Below, one piece after another: positions 52,100 to 64,000 of a stretch of DNA of 64,000 nt. The notes below the pieces were generated by a model, which saw nothing but the letters and a program-made list of their open reading frames with translations, did no database searches and was not told where the DNA came from. Source of the stretch: Mobula birostris (Eukaryota); NCBI RefSeq assembly GCF_030028105.1, contig NC_092379.1, positions 27,087,821 to 27,151,820 of the forward strand, read 5' to 3'. Position numbers and translations under genes: made by a program. Position 1 is the first letter of the stretch. Every line of letters starts with the position of its first letter.

Positions 52100-52663
52100 C
52101 ACACATCAAAGTTGCTGGTGAACGCAGCAGGCCAAACAGCGTCTGTACGAAGAGGTACAGTCGACGTTTCAGGCCGAGACCCTTCGTCAGGACTAACTGA
52201 AGGAAGAGTGAGTAAGGAATTTGAAAGTTGGAGGGGGAGGGGCAGATCCAAAATGATAGGAGAAGACAGGAGGGGGAGGAATAGAGCCAAGAGCTGGACA
52301 GGTGATATGCAAAAGAGGATATGAGAGGATCATGGGACAGGAGGTCCGGGAAGAAAGACAAGGAGGGGGAGGACCCAGAGGAAGGGCAAGAGGTATATTC
52401 AGAGGGACAGAGGGAGAAAAAGGAGAGTGAGAGAAAGAATGTGTGCATAAAAATGAGTAACAGATGGGGTACGAGGGGGAGGTGGGGCCTTAGCGGAAGT
52501 TAGAGAAGTCGATGTTCATGCCATCAGGTTGGAGGCTACCCAGACGGAATATAAGGTGTTGTTCCTCCAACCTGAGTGTGGCTTCATCTTCACAGTAGAG
52601 GAGACCGTGGATTGACATGTCAGAATGGGAATGGGATGTGGAATTAAAATGTGTGGCCACTGG
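52100..52663 (-). mobile_element. 5'-truncated Penelope-like insertion with 14-bp TSD
   Basis: PVATHFNSTSHSHSDMSIHGLL..LEEQHLIFRLGSLQPDGMNIDFSNFR; GAAACTACTAGGAA at 52086-52099 and 52664-52677. Confidence 0.92.
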
Positions 52664-53900
52664 GAAACTACTAGGAATTCTTTTCTTTTTTTTATTGCGT
52701 TTCTTATTCACCTTTCCAAGAAGAGAAGCTGGTCTCTGTCATGTCATCAATACCTGAAATGCCTCATTCCTCATAATTCTCCCAGTCTACTCTTACAACA
52801 GTTAACATTTGGTTATTGAATGATTAACATGAGGCATTATCTTCTCATGTTTTGGCGGCATGACCATTTATATACAATTTTCTGTATGCCACCTTGTGGT
52901 GACTGGGGACAGTTCTCCTTCTGTCTTTCCCCGCTACATAAAGCCGAGAATCTTTCCACTGTAAGTCACGTTAACCATGCGTTTTCTTCATGTTCTTAAT
53001 TAATACCGAGGCAGAAGGGCTAGATAACTGGAAGTCTGACTGTCGAAATTGAATTATATTCCTTTTCCTCCTCAAAGTTCTGTCCAACAGATTTGATTTA
53101 GAAAATTGACATGTCTCACGACCCGGTATTGTCATTAAACCGTTTTGACAGTTGCTCCCGTTCCCTTTTCAAGTTGGAAAGACTTGCTTACGCGTTGCAT
53201 AATTAACGACTTTAGGCTATTTTTTCGCTCTGCAAGGATAGAGGGGGTGGTAGAATCTGGATGAATATAACCTCTTTTATAAACCGTGCTTGGCCCTCAA
53301 GATGAATTGAATAGGCCTAAGGGCTGCTATATTTCATGACATCAATGCCGATGACCATTGTTTGAAATCAGGGCCTCAGGAGAGCTGTGTTAATCGTAAT
53401 GGTGTTTTGGCTTCGGACATTCCCATATTGTTTTTACTGAATTTTTTGCTTCAAGTCTGTTGGAAACTACCTCTTTGAGGCAAATCAATAGGATAAAAAA
53501 AAACGTTTCTCAAGTACATAAATTTGACATAATATCTTCAGGCAGTAGCTCTGGAACAACCAATAACGAGGTCATTTATGCGATTTGCCATCTGGTTGCA
53601 TTGGAGTACTGCCTTCTCGTGACAGAAGGTCTCATCGACGCAAAAAACACTCCAGTGCGAAGAGGCGGTTTAAGTTGCAATCAGAATGTCAAGTCCATTC
53701 AGATCAATTTTAGAAGAAGGCATGTGTTCACGTTATGACAGCAGTGAGCCTCCGACGAATTATGCAACACGTAACTAACTATGGTTTCTTCAAATAGGTT
53801 AAAATTTGCACTGATCTCTAATTCCTCACGTATGTCGAAAAAGATGCACAACCACAATCGACTCATTCGTTTTGTCCTGGTACGTCTCCACTCATGCGTC

Positions 53901-54450
53901 ATGAATTCTGTATTGTCTTTACTGACAGCCGTTCCCTTTCTCCAAGGTAAGTCTCTGCTTAACTGACGCATGTGCAGAATATCGCCTCTACTCACATCTA
54001 GACTGCTCATAGATGATGTGCTTCTTTGCAAAGCCAATGACAATGAATCCTTGTTTCATTATCCTTATGTGCTGACCACTGGAGAATGATCAACTGTAAC
54101 ACTGAACTACTATTTTTTTTTTTTTTTTTTGTAGCTAAGGTCCTCTTCTGGTTAACTCAGAATCTTGTAGAGGATCGCAAACATATGCGGAGGGGTTCAT
54201 CACTGGTTCTGCAGTCCATTGAACAAGATCCTCTCACAGGTTTTCTGCTGTCTATGAAAGCCTGATTTGTGAAATTCAATTAAATATATTTAATTCTACC
54301 TTGAATTTCTATGTCTTGAAGAGTAGACTGCACAAACCTCTGCAATGAAAAACAAAGAACAGCAATTGCAAAAATTAGTCGGTAACCGTCGTAATTGTAT
54401 GGATAAAATGAAATGAGCAGAGCTGTCTATTCCTCCGAGTTTTCACGAAC
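53901..54450 (+). pseudogene. TCR V pseudogene with intact leader exon and splice sites
   Basis: ATG..MNSVLSLLTAVPFLQ G|GTAAGT (46 nt, phase 1); poly-T tract + GTAG acceptor (54134); in-frame LTQ..GSSLVLQS (TCC for TGC at 54215) and GCT GTC TAT TCC TCC (AVYSS) 219 nt later; internal stops; CACGAAC at 54444. Confidence 0.65.
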
Positions 54451-55289
54451 GCATTTTAAACATCGTCTGTTTGAAGCTGTACAGCCGGAATAGTACAATT
54501 CTCTGCACATTTCAAGTGCCTCCTCTGCAGTGACTCTCCGATCCTACATTACGACCTTTTTCTTCTGGACAATCTCGTCCTAAGCATGAAGTAGCATGTT
54601 TTATGATGTTATCAAGCCAACGTGATAGAGATATCGTTTGGTATTGGTCTATCGCGATTTTCGCATGGCATGCTACACATGATACTAGGAAGACAATAAC
54701 GAAACAGAAACTAGTGCAAGCGCACTGGGGGATTCTCCTTCCTGGATTCTGAATGGTATAATTAGCAGGGAAATAAAAGTTAGAGGGAGAGTTATAATAC
54801 ATTATTGCAGTAAAATATTCAAATTCTGAAGAGAATAATGCATGAGTGGTGAAAAAATAAAGAGGGGATATAACCAGACGAGTTAAGAGAGCTGGAGTGA
54901 GAGGCAAGTTGAGAGTGATGAGCACAACGATAGAGAAAAGGGACAGAAGGATAAAGAAATAGAAAAAAGATTGCCTTCTGCAGAAATAGAGAATATTAAA
55001 AAAATCCATCTATTCGGCACCCACTACATCACTGTATGTTCTTCGTAATGTGATATCTTCTGCCATTATCTATTTCCTTACCCGTATCCTGTCTGAAACA
55101 TTGGCATGATACATCCGCGTCATGCGTTGCTATAAATTTATAAACAGACAGAGCGTGTTAACTCCGCTTGATATGCAATAGAATGCTGATTTCCTACGTC
55201 AAGTTCTTCGCTTCGGTGCAATCTGTGGAAGGTTAGAAAAAGAATTACGTGTGTTAGTGTATTTTGGTACTACTGTCTTTGCATCGGTC

Positions 55290-55800
55290 AGTCCAGCCCG
55301 ACAGTAGCACAATGGTATGGGGATGATTTTCAGCAGGCGCTACTGAAAACCTGGCCTGAATTAATGTGAAGGTGGAAGTTGCCGAATACAGGATATCCTG
55401 AATAATAGCCTCCAAGCCACCGTCAGAAAGCTTAATCGGGTGGGGAGCAGCTGTTCTCCGCAGAGTAGTAAGACAAAACACCCTGCAGAACAACTTCGTG
55501 TGTCAAATACGACATTTGAGCAACGTTTTCAAGGACGAATGCGGACATCGTGCTTCATCACCTTGAGCATAGTGAATGGAGATTCAACCAAAAGGATTTC
55601 CGGCTGCTTATACAAATATATATCATGAGTCCGAAATAGTGTTATCACAGCCGGACTGTCGCTCCGCGTTGAATTGCTCGTCACAATTTTTTCATAAAGG
55701 TTTTCATAAAGAATATCATGAAAATTTTGTCCATTCGATCGCATTGTCAACGCCTTGTGCTCTACCTCGACTGATGAAAGCTGCATTTCTGTTTTCTGCA
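55290..55800 (+). mobile_element. Degenerate Tc1-like transposase fragment (DDE region)
   Basis: SSTMVWG*FSAGAT (GGSIMVWGCFS-like) at 55303, followed by decayed Y..IL and EEW.KI..C..LV-like blocks. Confidence 0.65.
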
Positions 55801-55924
55801 TAGCCATCTCCACAGCAATTCAACATCCCTATCTTACTATGACACATTGATAGATATAATCACAGCTAATGATGTATATTGCCAGAGGACTACTGAATGG
55901 CTGAATGCTTCCGGTGAGGCTGTT

Positions 55925-57950
55925 ATCGGCATACCCGTCATAAGATGCTAAAGATAGGTGTACAACTCTCGAAGCGGAGACTGAAAACACTGCATACATG
56001 AGGTTTAGGAAGCAGGGATCGGATGGGACTATTGAGGGATATGGGAAAGCAAGAAATGAGCTTAAGAAGGGGCTGAGAAGAGCAAGAAGGGAGCATGAGA
56101 AGGCCTTGGCGAGTAGGATAAAGGAAAACCCCAAGGCATTCTTCAATTATGTGAAGAAAAAAAGGATGACAGGAGTGAAGGTAGGACCGATTAGAGATAA
56201 AGGTGGGAAGATGTGCCTGGAGGCTGTGGAAGTAAGCGAGGTTCTCAATGAATACTTCTCTTCGGTATTCGCCAATGAGCGGGAACTTGATGATGTTGAG
56301 GACAAAATGAGTGAGGTTGATGTTCTGGAGCATGTTGATATTAAGGGTGAGGAGGTGTTGGAGTTGTTAAAATACATTAGGACGGATAAGTCCCCGGGGC
56401 CTGACGGAATATTCCCTAGGCTGCTCCACGAGGCGAGGGAAGAGATTGTTGAGCCCCTGGCTAGGATTTTTATGTCCTCGTTGTCCACGGGAATGGTACC
56501 GGAGGATTGGAGGGAGGCGAATGTTGACCCCTTGCTCAAAAAAGGTAGTAGGGATAGTTCGGGTAATTATAGACCAGTGAGCCTTACATCTGTGGTAGGA
56601 AAGCTGTTGGAAAAGATTCTTAGAGATAGGATCTCTGGGTATTTAGAGAATCATGGTCTGATCAGGGACAGTCATCTAGGCTTTGTGAAGGACAGATCGT
56701 ATCTAACAAGCCTGATAGAATTACTTGAGGAGATGACCAGGTATATAAATGAGGGTAGTGCAGTGGTGTGATCTATATGGATTTTAGTAAGGCATTTGAC
56801 AAGTTTCCACACGGTAGGCTTATTCAAAAAGTCAGAAGGCATGGGATCCAGGGAAGTTTGGCCAGGTGGATTCAGAATTGCCTTGCCTGCAGAAGGCAGA
56901 GGCTGGTGGTGGAGGGAGTACATTCAATTTGGAGGATTTTGACTAGTGGTGTCCCACAATGATCTGTTCCGGGACCTCTACGTTTCGTGATTTTTATTAA
57001 CGACCTGGATGTGGGGGTAGAAGGGTGGGTTGGCAAGTTTGCAGACGAGACAAAGGTTGGTGGTATTGTTGATAGTTTAGAGGATTGTCACGGATTGCAG
57101 AGAGACATTGATAGGATGCAGAAGTGGGGTGAGAAGTGGCAGATGGAGTTCAACCCGGAGAACCCAAAGTGTGAGGTGGTACACTTTGGAAGGACAAACT
57201 CCAAGGCAGTGTACAAAGTAAATGGCAGGATACTTGGTTGTGTGGAGGAGCAGAGGGATCTCGTGGTACATGTCCACAGATCCCTGAAAGTTGTGTCACA
57301 GGTGGATAGGGTAGTTAAGAAAGCTTACCGGGTGTTAGCTTTCATAAGTCGAGGGATAGAGTTTAAGAGTCGCGATGTAATGATGCAGCTCTATAAAACT
57401 CTGTTTAGGCCACACTTCGAGTACTGTGTCCAGTTCTGGTCACCTCACTATAGGAAGGATGTGGAAGCATTGGAAATGGTACAGAGGAGATTTACCAGAA
57501 TTCTGCCTGGTTCAGGAAGTATGCATTATGATCAGAGATTAAGAGAGCTAGGCTTTTCCTCTTTGGAGAGACGAAGGATGACAGGAGACATGATAGAGGT
57601 GTACAAGATAATAAGAAGAATAGATAGAGTGGATAGCCAGCGCTTCTTCCCCAGGGCACCTCTGCTCAATAAAAGAGGACATGGCTTTAAGGTAAGGGTG
57701 GGAAGTTCAAGGGGGATATTAGAGGAAGGTTTTTTACTCAAAGAGTGGTTCGTGCATGAAATGCACTGCCTGAGTCAGTGGTGGAGGCAGATACACTAGT
57801 GAAGATTAAGAGACTACTAGACAGGTATATGGAGGAAGTTATGGTGGGGGTTTATACGGGAGGCGGGGTTTGAGGGTCGGCACAGCATTGTGGGCCGAAG
57901 GGCCTGTACTGTGCTGTACTATTCTATTTTCTATGTTCTATGTATGGAAG
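55925..57950 (+). mobile_element. CR1 subfamily A copy 2, 5'-truncated
   Basis: 257-, 64- and 270-aa ORF2 pieces with DKSPGPDG, KFADETK, VQRRFTR; tail ttctattttctatgttctatg; same subfamily as 779-2040. Confidence 0.95.
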
Positions 57951-58484
57951 ATGATCTGTTTCCATTACATATTGTGTTTTTTTATTGTTTTTTTTTTCTT
58001 TTTTTTACTGATCATAATCCAGCAACTGTTTTCACCGAGAAAGGAAACAAATAAGCTGACCAATGATAAGCGAGAAATAGAAATGCGGAATCCGAGAGGA
58101 GCCATGTATACTCAGTTGTGGGTGGATGTATAAAAACAAACAAACAAACAAACAAACAAAGCAAAACACAGCTTGGCCTGCCGGGCATACTGTGCAACAG
58201 AGAGAGCAGAGGTCGTATCTCAAACGTGGTAGCGATTTTCAAGAAAGCCAGCAGGGACAGTCAGGACATCCTGTGTTAAATAGCGAGTTCATTACACGCA
58301 AGGGAAAATGGGTAAAAACAAGGTTTACTTGTAACAGTTGTATTTGGAGCGGATATTGTGTGCGTGGTGCAACGTTAAAGAGAAGAGTTCGATGCTTTGG
58401 CTCAGAGAAGCTTCAGCGTGAAAAGCCGGAGGGTTTAGGCAGACTTTCTTTCGGGTCCATACATTTCATATTTTAATCGAATAA

Positions 58485-59480
58485 GAATGAGAATCAGAAT
58501 CAGAATCAGGTTTATTATAACTGGCACGTGATGTGAAATTGGTTAACTTAACAGCAGCAGTTCAATGCAATACAAAATATAGAAGAAAATTAACTAAATA
58601 AAATAATTATAATATTAAATAAATAAATCAATTACAGTATAGGTATATCGAATAGATTAAAAATCGAGCAAAAACAGAAATACTACATAATAAAAATGTG
58701 AAATAGTGTCGAAGGTTCAAAGTCCATCTAGGAATCGGAGGTAGCGAGGACGAAGCTGTTCCTGAATCGGTATTGTGTGTGCCTTGAGGCTTCTATACCT
58801 CCCAATTAACGACAACAGTGAAAAAGGGCATACCCAGGGTGCTGGCTGCCCTTAATAATGGACGCTGCCTTTCTGAGACACCGCTCCTATCAGATACCAT
58901 GGGTACCTTGCAGGCTCGTATCCAAGATGTAGTTGACTAAATTTATGATGCGCTGCATTTTTTCCCCTTTTCCAAGCAGTAGACACCCCACCCACCATAG
59001 CAGACAGATGCAGCCTTTCATAATCCTCTCTATGCTACATCTATAGAAGTTTTTGAGTGTATTTGTTGACATACCAAATCCCTCCAATTTCCTCATGAAG
59101 GATAGCCACCGCCTTCACTTCTTTATAACTGCATCGATATTTTGGGACCTGGTTTTATCCTCAGAGATCTTGTGACCCAGGAATTTGAAACTATTCACTC
59201 TCTCCAATTCTGATCCCTAGATGAGCTCTTTCGTCTTACACCTCTGGAAGTCCAAAATCAGCTCTTTTGTCTTCCTGACGTTGAGTGCCAAGTTGTTGCT
59301 GCGGCAACACTCTACTAGTTGGCATATCTCACTCTTGTACGCCCTCACGGCACCACCTGAGATTCTACCGACAATGGTTGTAGCGTCAGCAAATTTATAG
59401 ATTTTTTTTTTATGTTATGCGTAGCCATGCAGTCATAAGTATATAGAGATCAGATTATTGGGATGAGCACGCACCCCTGA
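58485..59480 (-). mobile_element. Rex1/Babar-type LINE 3' fragment
   Basis: RKLEGFGMSTNTLKNFYRCSIERI; (gaatca)n tail at about 58490-58510. Confidence 0.75.
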
Positions 59481-62400
59481 GGTACAAGAGTGTTGACCGA
59501 GCCGATTGTACAGAAAGAGCCGTAGGAATGCTGAACAAAGTAGAAGAATGGTCCTCAGTTGGGACATGGTAAAGCTGGGAAAACGCCAACTGCATCTGCA
59601 GTAAGTGTATTCAGCAACACAGCATTGCAGACCGCGCTATGAAGCTCAAATTAGACTTCAATGAACTCCAGGTAATTGTGGATTTTGAGCGGTTGACGAA
59701 CAAGTGACAAAGGTAGGTAGCTGCAACTTACAGGCAGGACAAAGGTAACTGTGTGACATTCAACTGGTGAAAATGGCTTGGCAGAGAGTGCGGAGTACAT
59801 GCATCTGTGACCGTTCCCTTCCAGAACATGTAAATCACCCCAGTTACTGTTAAAGGATTATGTTACAGAGTAAGAAAAAAACACAATTGTCACGTGTCCA
59901 GCATTGAGTCCGACTCTAAGGCTTAGAAGGGAAGTGCGTAGCAGAGGCGAGCTGCGGTGATAGCGAATGCATTCGTCAGTTAAAAAGACATGAGATTCCG
60001 TAGACGAAGCCGATATCACAGGGAGGTCAGCTGACAAGCCTTCATTACAGCAGAAAACCTATAAATCCAGTAGGATAGTGAAGAGACCTGAAACCACCTC
60101 TTCCCAAAGTAGACTTTTCAAAAACAGAGGGACAAATGTTGAGTGCAAATTAAGAAATAAATGTATACCTGACTGTGTAAATAAAATTGTGTTTATACTG
60201 ACATGCGAAAAGCATCCACTAGTTTGTGTCGAAAGAATAAAGGAATTGGTTAAATCGCACTATAAAGGTATGGGTCGAATTGTTGAAAAAGACCATGAGG
60301 TTCCAGTTGCAAAGCAAATGCCGCTCAGTCTTTCCGAAAAAAAAAAGAAAACACATCTGACATGACAATTCAGACAAAGGAGAGCATAGCAGACGATCAA
60401 TTTGATGCAATAAAAAGGGGAAATGAGAGAAGTAGTATGTGAATTCACGACAGGACCTGCGAAACCACGACATGACTCATTTGAAAATGAGGTGATTGAT
60501 GAATCGTTATATATGCATGATTACTATCTTTCATATCGTTAGTTCCATAGTGCCAAAGACTTTTTTATTTTTATTTTTTTTATCGCTCTACGAATCTGGT
60601 GTTAACTAGGTATCGTGAAAAGATGCCTCGTCAGTTCATGCATTTGCAATAGTGAATGAAGTACATGTCTTTGTCGCCAGGTATCCTTCAAAATAATTTG
60701 ACAAATACCCCTAGGAATCAGGGCTCGCATCAATAATACGAAGTATAAAACTGCATTAAGTCCACGCTGGAATAGCACTAGGATGATTAAGGCAGTTTGT
60801 TATACAAGCATCATTTTACCGACTTGTACAGCCACAGAGCAATGGCTGTCTCAACTGTAGCAATTATCGGTGGACTGATGCGGTGTATTGCATAGGTTAA
60901 TTAAATGATATGAAGGGATCGGACAAAGACGATGGAGATATTTTAGAAAATTTGCAAAATCTCAGTTTCCTGTTACTTGGGGTAGAGGGACATTAAAATA
61001 GGTATAAACGCGCTCCGCAGAAACACATCAATGGAGCCGAAGATGCTAAAAACTGGAGGACAAATAATACAATTCTTACGGCAAAGAATATCGTTAGTGG
61101 GTATAGGAGAAGGCACATATGATAAAAGCTTCAGAGTCCAATGATAATAACGAGCGATGTGACACAGGGAAGCACACTTTTTGCATTAAAAAAAAATATC
61201 AACTAATGGTGCGGAAATGAAATAAGTGAACTCTAGGTGAACTCTAGGCATTGCGGGTGTGTGCACAATGGAAAGAGGGAGAGAGAGAGAGGCAGAAAGC
61301 CCAAGTCTGGGAACTTAATGTCAGGCGACGAAGTAAATTGATTTTGTTCTCTCTTTCTTCACACATATCTTAACCAACATGTGAACGCATTGATCGTCTT
61401 CTCATCTTCCTATAGTATTCGTACTAGAGGAACTGTCGTGCCTTAGTGCATTAGTTATACCAATTGTTGCAGTCCTTGTAGATTTCCTCTCCAAAGGGTC
61501 TTGTCCGGACTGTCTAGTTGATTCACTTCCAATCCTCTCACGGCTTTTCGGTTTAATTGCTATTCTATGGCTATGTTGAAATATCGTACTCCTCTATAAT
61601 AAACGCAGAGGTTGAGAAACCTGGAGACAGCCCACACGAATTTACAAAGATATTTCCTTTTTTTCTGTTTGGAAAAAAATGTATTTCGGTACCATTGGCA
61701 GAATGAATTAAGTTCTGGAAAATAGAAAACAAGGATTGAACTTCGGACACTGGAAGTAAACAGATCAAAAAGGCTCTATCCCAACAATGTTGTCGACCGA
61801 ATTGCTGCGACCATTTTGTGAGGCTGTTCCTGCACCGTCATTACAAACTATGTTGTACTGTTTCTTTCGCTCAAGGAAGGATTAATCGGAGCAATAGAAA
61901 GTATATGAAATGAACTTTCATTACTTTTTTGAAAACCTGAAACAATTTCAAATAAAACGTTGTTTTTCTTTTCTTCTTTTTTTTCTTCGGATATGTAAAA
62001 ATGGCTGTCTTGCAGAAAGAACAGTCTTTGAACTGAGGGGATCGAAGCCCAGAGTTGTACTGAGCTTGCTAAATTAATCGAAATTATCTAATTTATGAAG
62101 AACACAGGAAGTTATCAGAGACAAAAGAGAGAGCCATCAACTAATAATGCTTACAGCCCTGTGCCCATGGGAAGCTGACTCTCGACAATCCGATAGGCTT
62201 CGAAAAAAGACTTCTAAAGATTGTGCTCATATAAAAGATTAGAGTAGAGAAGTTTGAGAATACTGGAAGCGACAATTTAGGAACGCATCATCGCAGAAGT
62301 AGATGACCAAATTTGCAAGCGTGAAGATTACTCTGGGCTCAAGATTAATAACTGGCTAACTTAGACTCATTTTTACTGCTGTTACCTTTTCTATTCTTTC

Positions 62401-63724
62401 ATTGAGCACGTAGGGTCAAGGAAACCCTGTGGTTGCGCGCACATTCATATAGCTTTGTGAATTCAGGTGTTTGCTCCTAACTGCAACAACAAAATAATTT
62501 GTCAGGTAGTACGCAATCTCTCTGTGATGTTAATGATAAAACACCAGTGAAAATCCACTCCTATATTTTATGTTTTATGGTTTATGATAGCCAGCCATTT
62601 TGTTGAGAGCTGATATCAGTAATACCTGTGTTCATATCTTTGAGAAATAAAGATCCATTTTCCACACTTCTGCAGGTTTCCATGCAAGAAGATTTTGTGT
62701 AAATTCTCTTGCGAGTAGTTGTGGTGTTCCTACTGTTCAGTGCTCTGAGGTTTGGAGGCTTGCTATGCGGCTGTGTGAATTTATTCGGAGTTCGCTTGTT
62801 TTGTCCCGTCTCACCACATCACTCTGCCAACATCTGTCAGTGTGTGGGATAGTTAGCCAATAGAAATTCCTTTGGTGTATGTACAGGGCTGAAACTGAAG
62901 AGCTGTTGTAAACTTAGCAGGGTCAACGTCGAATAAATGTTAAGTATTAAGATGTCCTGGAAGATGACAGCAAAACGAGACAATAAATGAACGAGATTGG
63001 TTGTCGATTTTGAATTGAAAGTCTTCAGTTTCCGAAAGCTAGCCTAATTGTGGCCCTTCTGTGACACCAATGATTTGGTGTTTTTCGGCAGTTTAGCAAA
63101 TCTTAGATTTGGGGGGAAAAATGGCTTACTAAAGGCGTAAGAAGTAGACGTGCTAATATAAGGATACACAGCTGGGATCATCGTAATGAACAGGTGCACG
63201 AGAACTTGTCTATCTTTTTTTTTGCAATAAAGCCAGAGGATTGAGTATTTTCTTCCAGCTTCCCTCGGTGTTTTTTTCCCCGAAAGTTTTGGCATGCTGT
63301 CTCTCTTTCAGACGGCAGAGCATAGTTCACTCGATACTATATGCTCTCCTTTATCAATTTATTGATCCAGTAGGTGCACGGACATTTGTTTTCCCGAGCA
63401 TACCCCACGGTGCTTACATGGTGGATTATCAAGGAATGCAATTTTATATGATTGGATTAGATTGAACGCAATATTTTGAAGGTGTTCGGAAATATGCATG
63501 TGTCTCTTCGAGTTTTTTATAAGGTAAATGCTTACCAATTGCATTGAGGTTGGGAAGAATTCGTAATATTGTGGCAAGTATCCCTTGTTATCTCCTATAT
63601 TAATCTGTGTTTACTTTCTTTAAATTTTCTGAAAATTCCTTTAACATCGCTCGTGGCAAAAAGCTTGTGGACTGTTCTCGTCATCGGGATCAGTGAGTGT
63701 AGGATCTCAGTTTTATCGGCATTG

Positions 63725-64000
63725 TGTCACAACCATGGATTCGGCAACGTACAGGAACGCAGAACACGAACGCAGAGCCTTGGTCGAGGGAGAACAGGAA
63801 CGCAGAGCCTTGGTCGTGGGAGAACAGGAACGCAGAACCTTGGTTGAGTGAGAACAGGAACACAGAGCCTTGGCCGTGAGAGAACAGGAAAATGGAACAC
63901 AGAGCCGGGACCCCTCCATGGGAACAGGACTTGGGGCATAGAGTCAGGACCCCTCCTAGGGAGCAGGACTTAGGGCCAAGGCTCATACACAGAACACTGA
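63725..64000 (-). mobile_element. LTR-type element of the 21325 family, runs off the window end
   Basis: Starts TGTCACAA like 21325; shares gagccgggacccctcc..ggg..cagg and ctcatacacagaac blocks. Confidence 0.75.
63768..63887. repeat. 30-bp minisatellite, 4 units
   Basis: Unit gaacgcagagccttggtcgagggagaacag. Confidence 0.93.

Noticed and set aside
54512-55009. 165-aa ORF as a membrane protein
   Set aside because: Hydrophobicity comes from a purine-rich opposite strand; no exon signals or recognisable domain.
58310-58375. RFTC..GYCVRG as a V 3' end
   Set aside because: RF-to-YC spacing is far too short and no RSS follows.
59500-63700. Unannotated stretch as possible host exons
   Set aside because: Only faint CR1-, SINE- and Penelope-like remnants and short motif-less ORFs; nothing specific enough to call.

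Overview
Eukaryotic, TE-saturated vertebrate DNA. The mix of CR1 LINEs with esterase-type ORF1, Penelope-like elements, Rex1/Babar LINEs and a T-cell-receptor V segment suggests a cartilaginous fish (inference). The only credible intact host coding unit is a T-cell receptor alpha/delta-type V gene segment on +: leader 44411-44456, V exon 44559-44865, 23-bp-spacer RSS 44866-44904. Around it I read several decayed V-segment relics in both orientations. The best supported are a leader+V pseudogene at 53901-54450 (+) and an orphan 23-RSS behind a TAVFY codon run at 39433-39492 (-). Weaker candidates lie at about 9.8k(-), 12.2k(-), 21.0-23.0k(+, split by a solo LTR), 33.7-34.1k(+) and 50.6-51.0k(+). 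Most of the rest is mobile DNA: about a dozen CR1 copies or fragments, four Rex1/Babar-type fragments, three Penelope-like pieces, a decayed Ty3/Gypsy internal region, three related LTR-type elements with different internal minisatellites, a mariner MITE, a Tc1 fragment and a Chapaev3-like transposase N-terminus. There are two assembly gaps (45437-45624, 50817-50959). No rRNA, tRNA or CRISPR features are supported. All calls come from manual reading and recalled family motifs; no searches were run.
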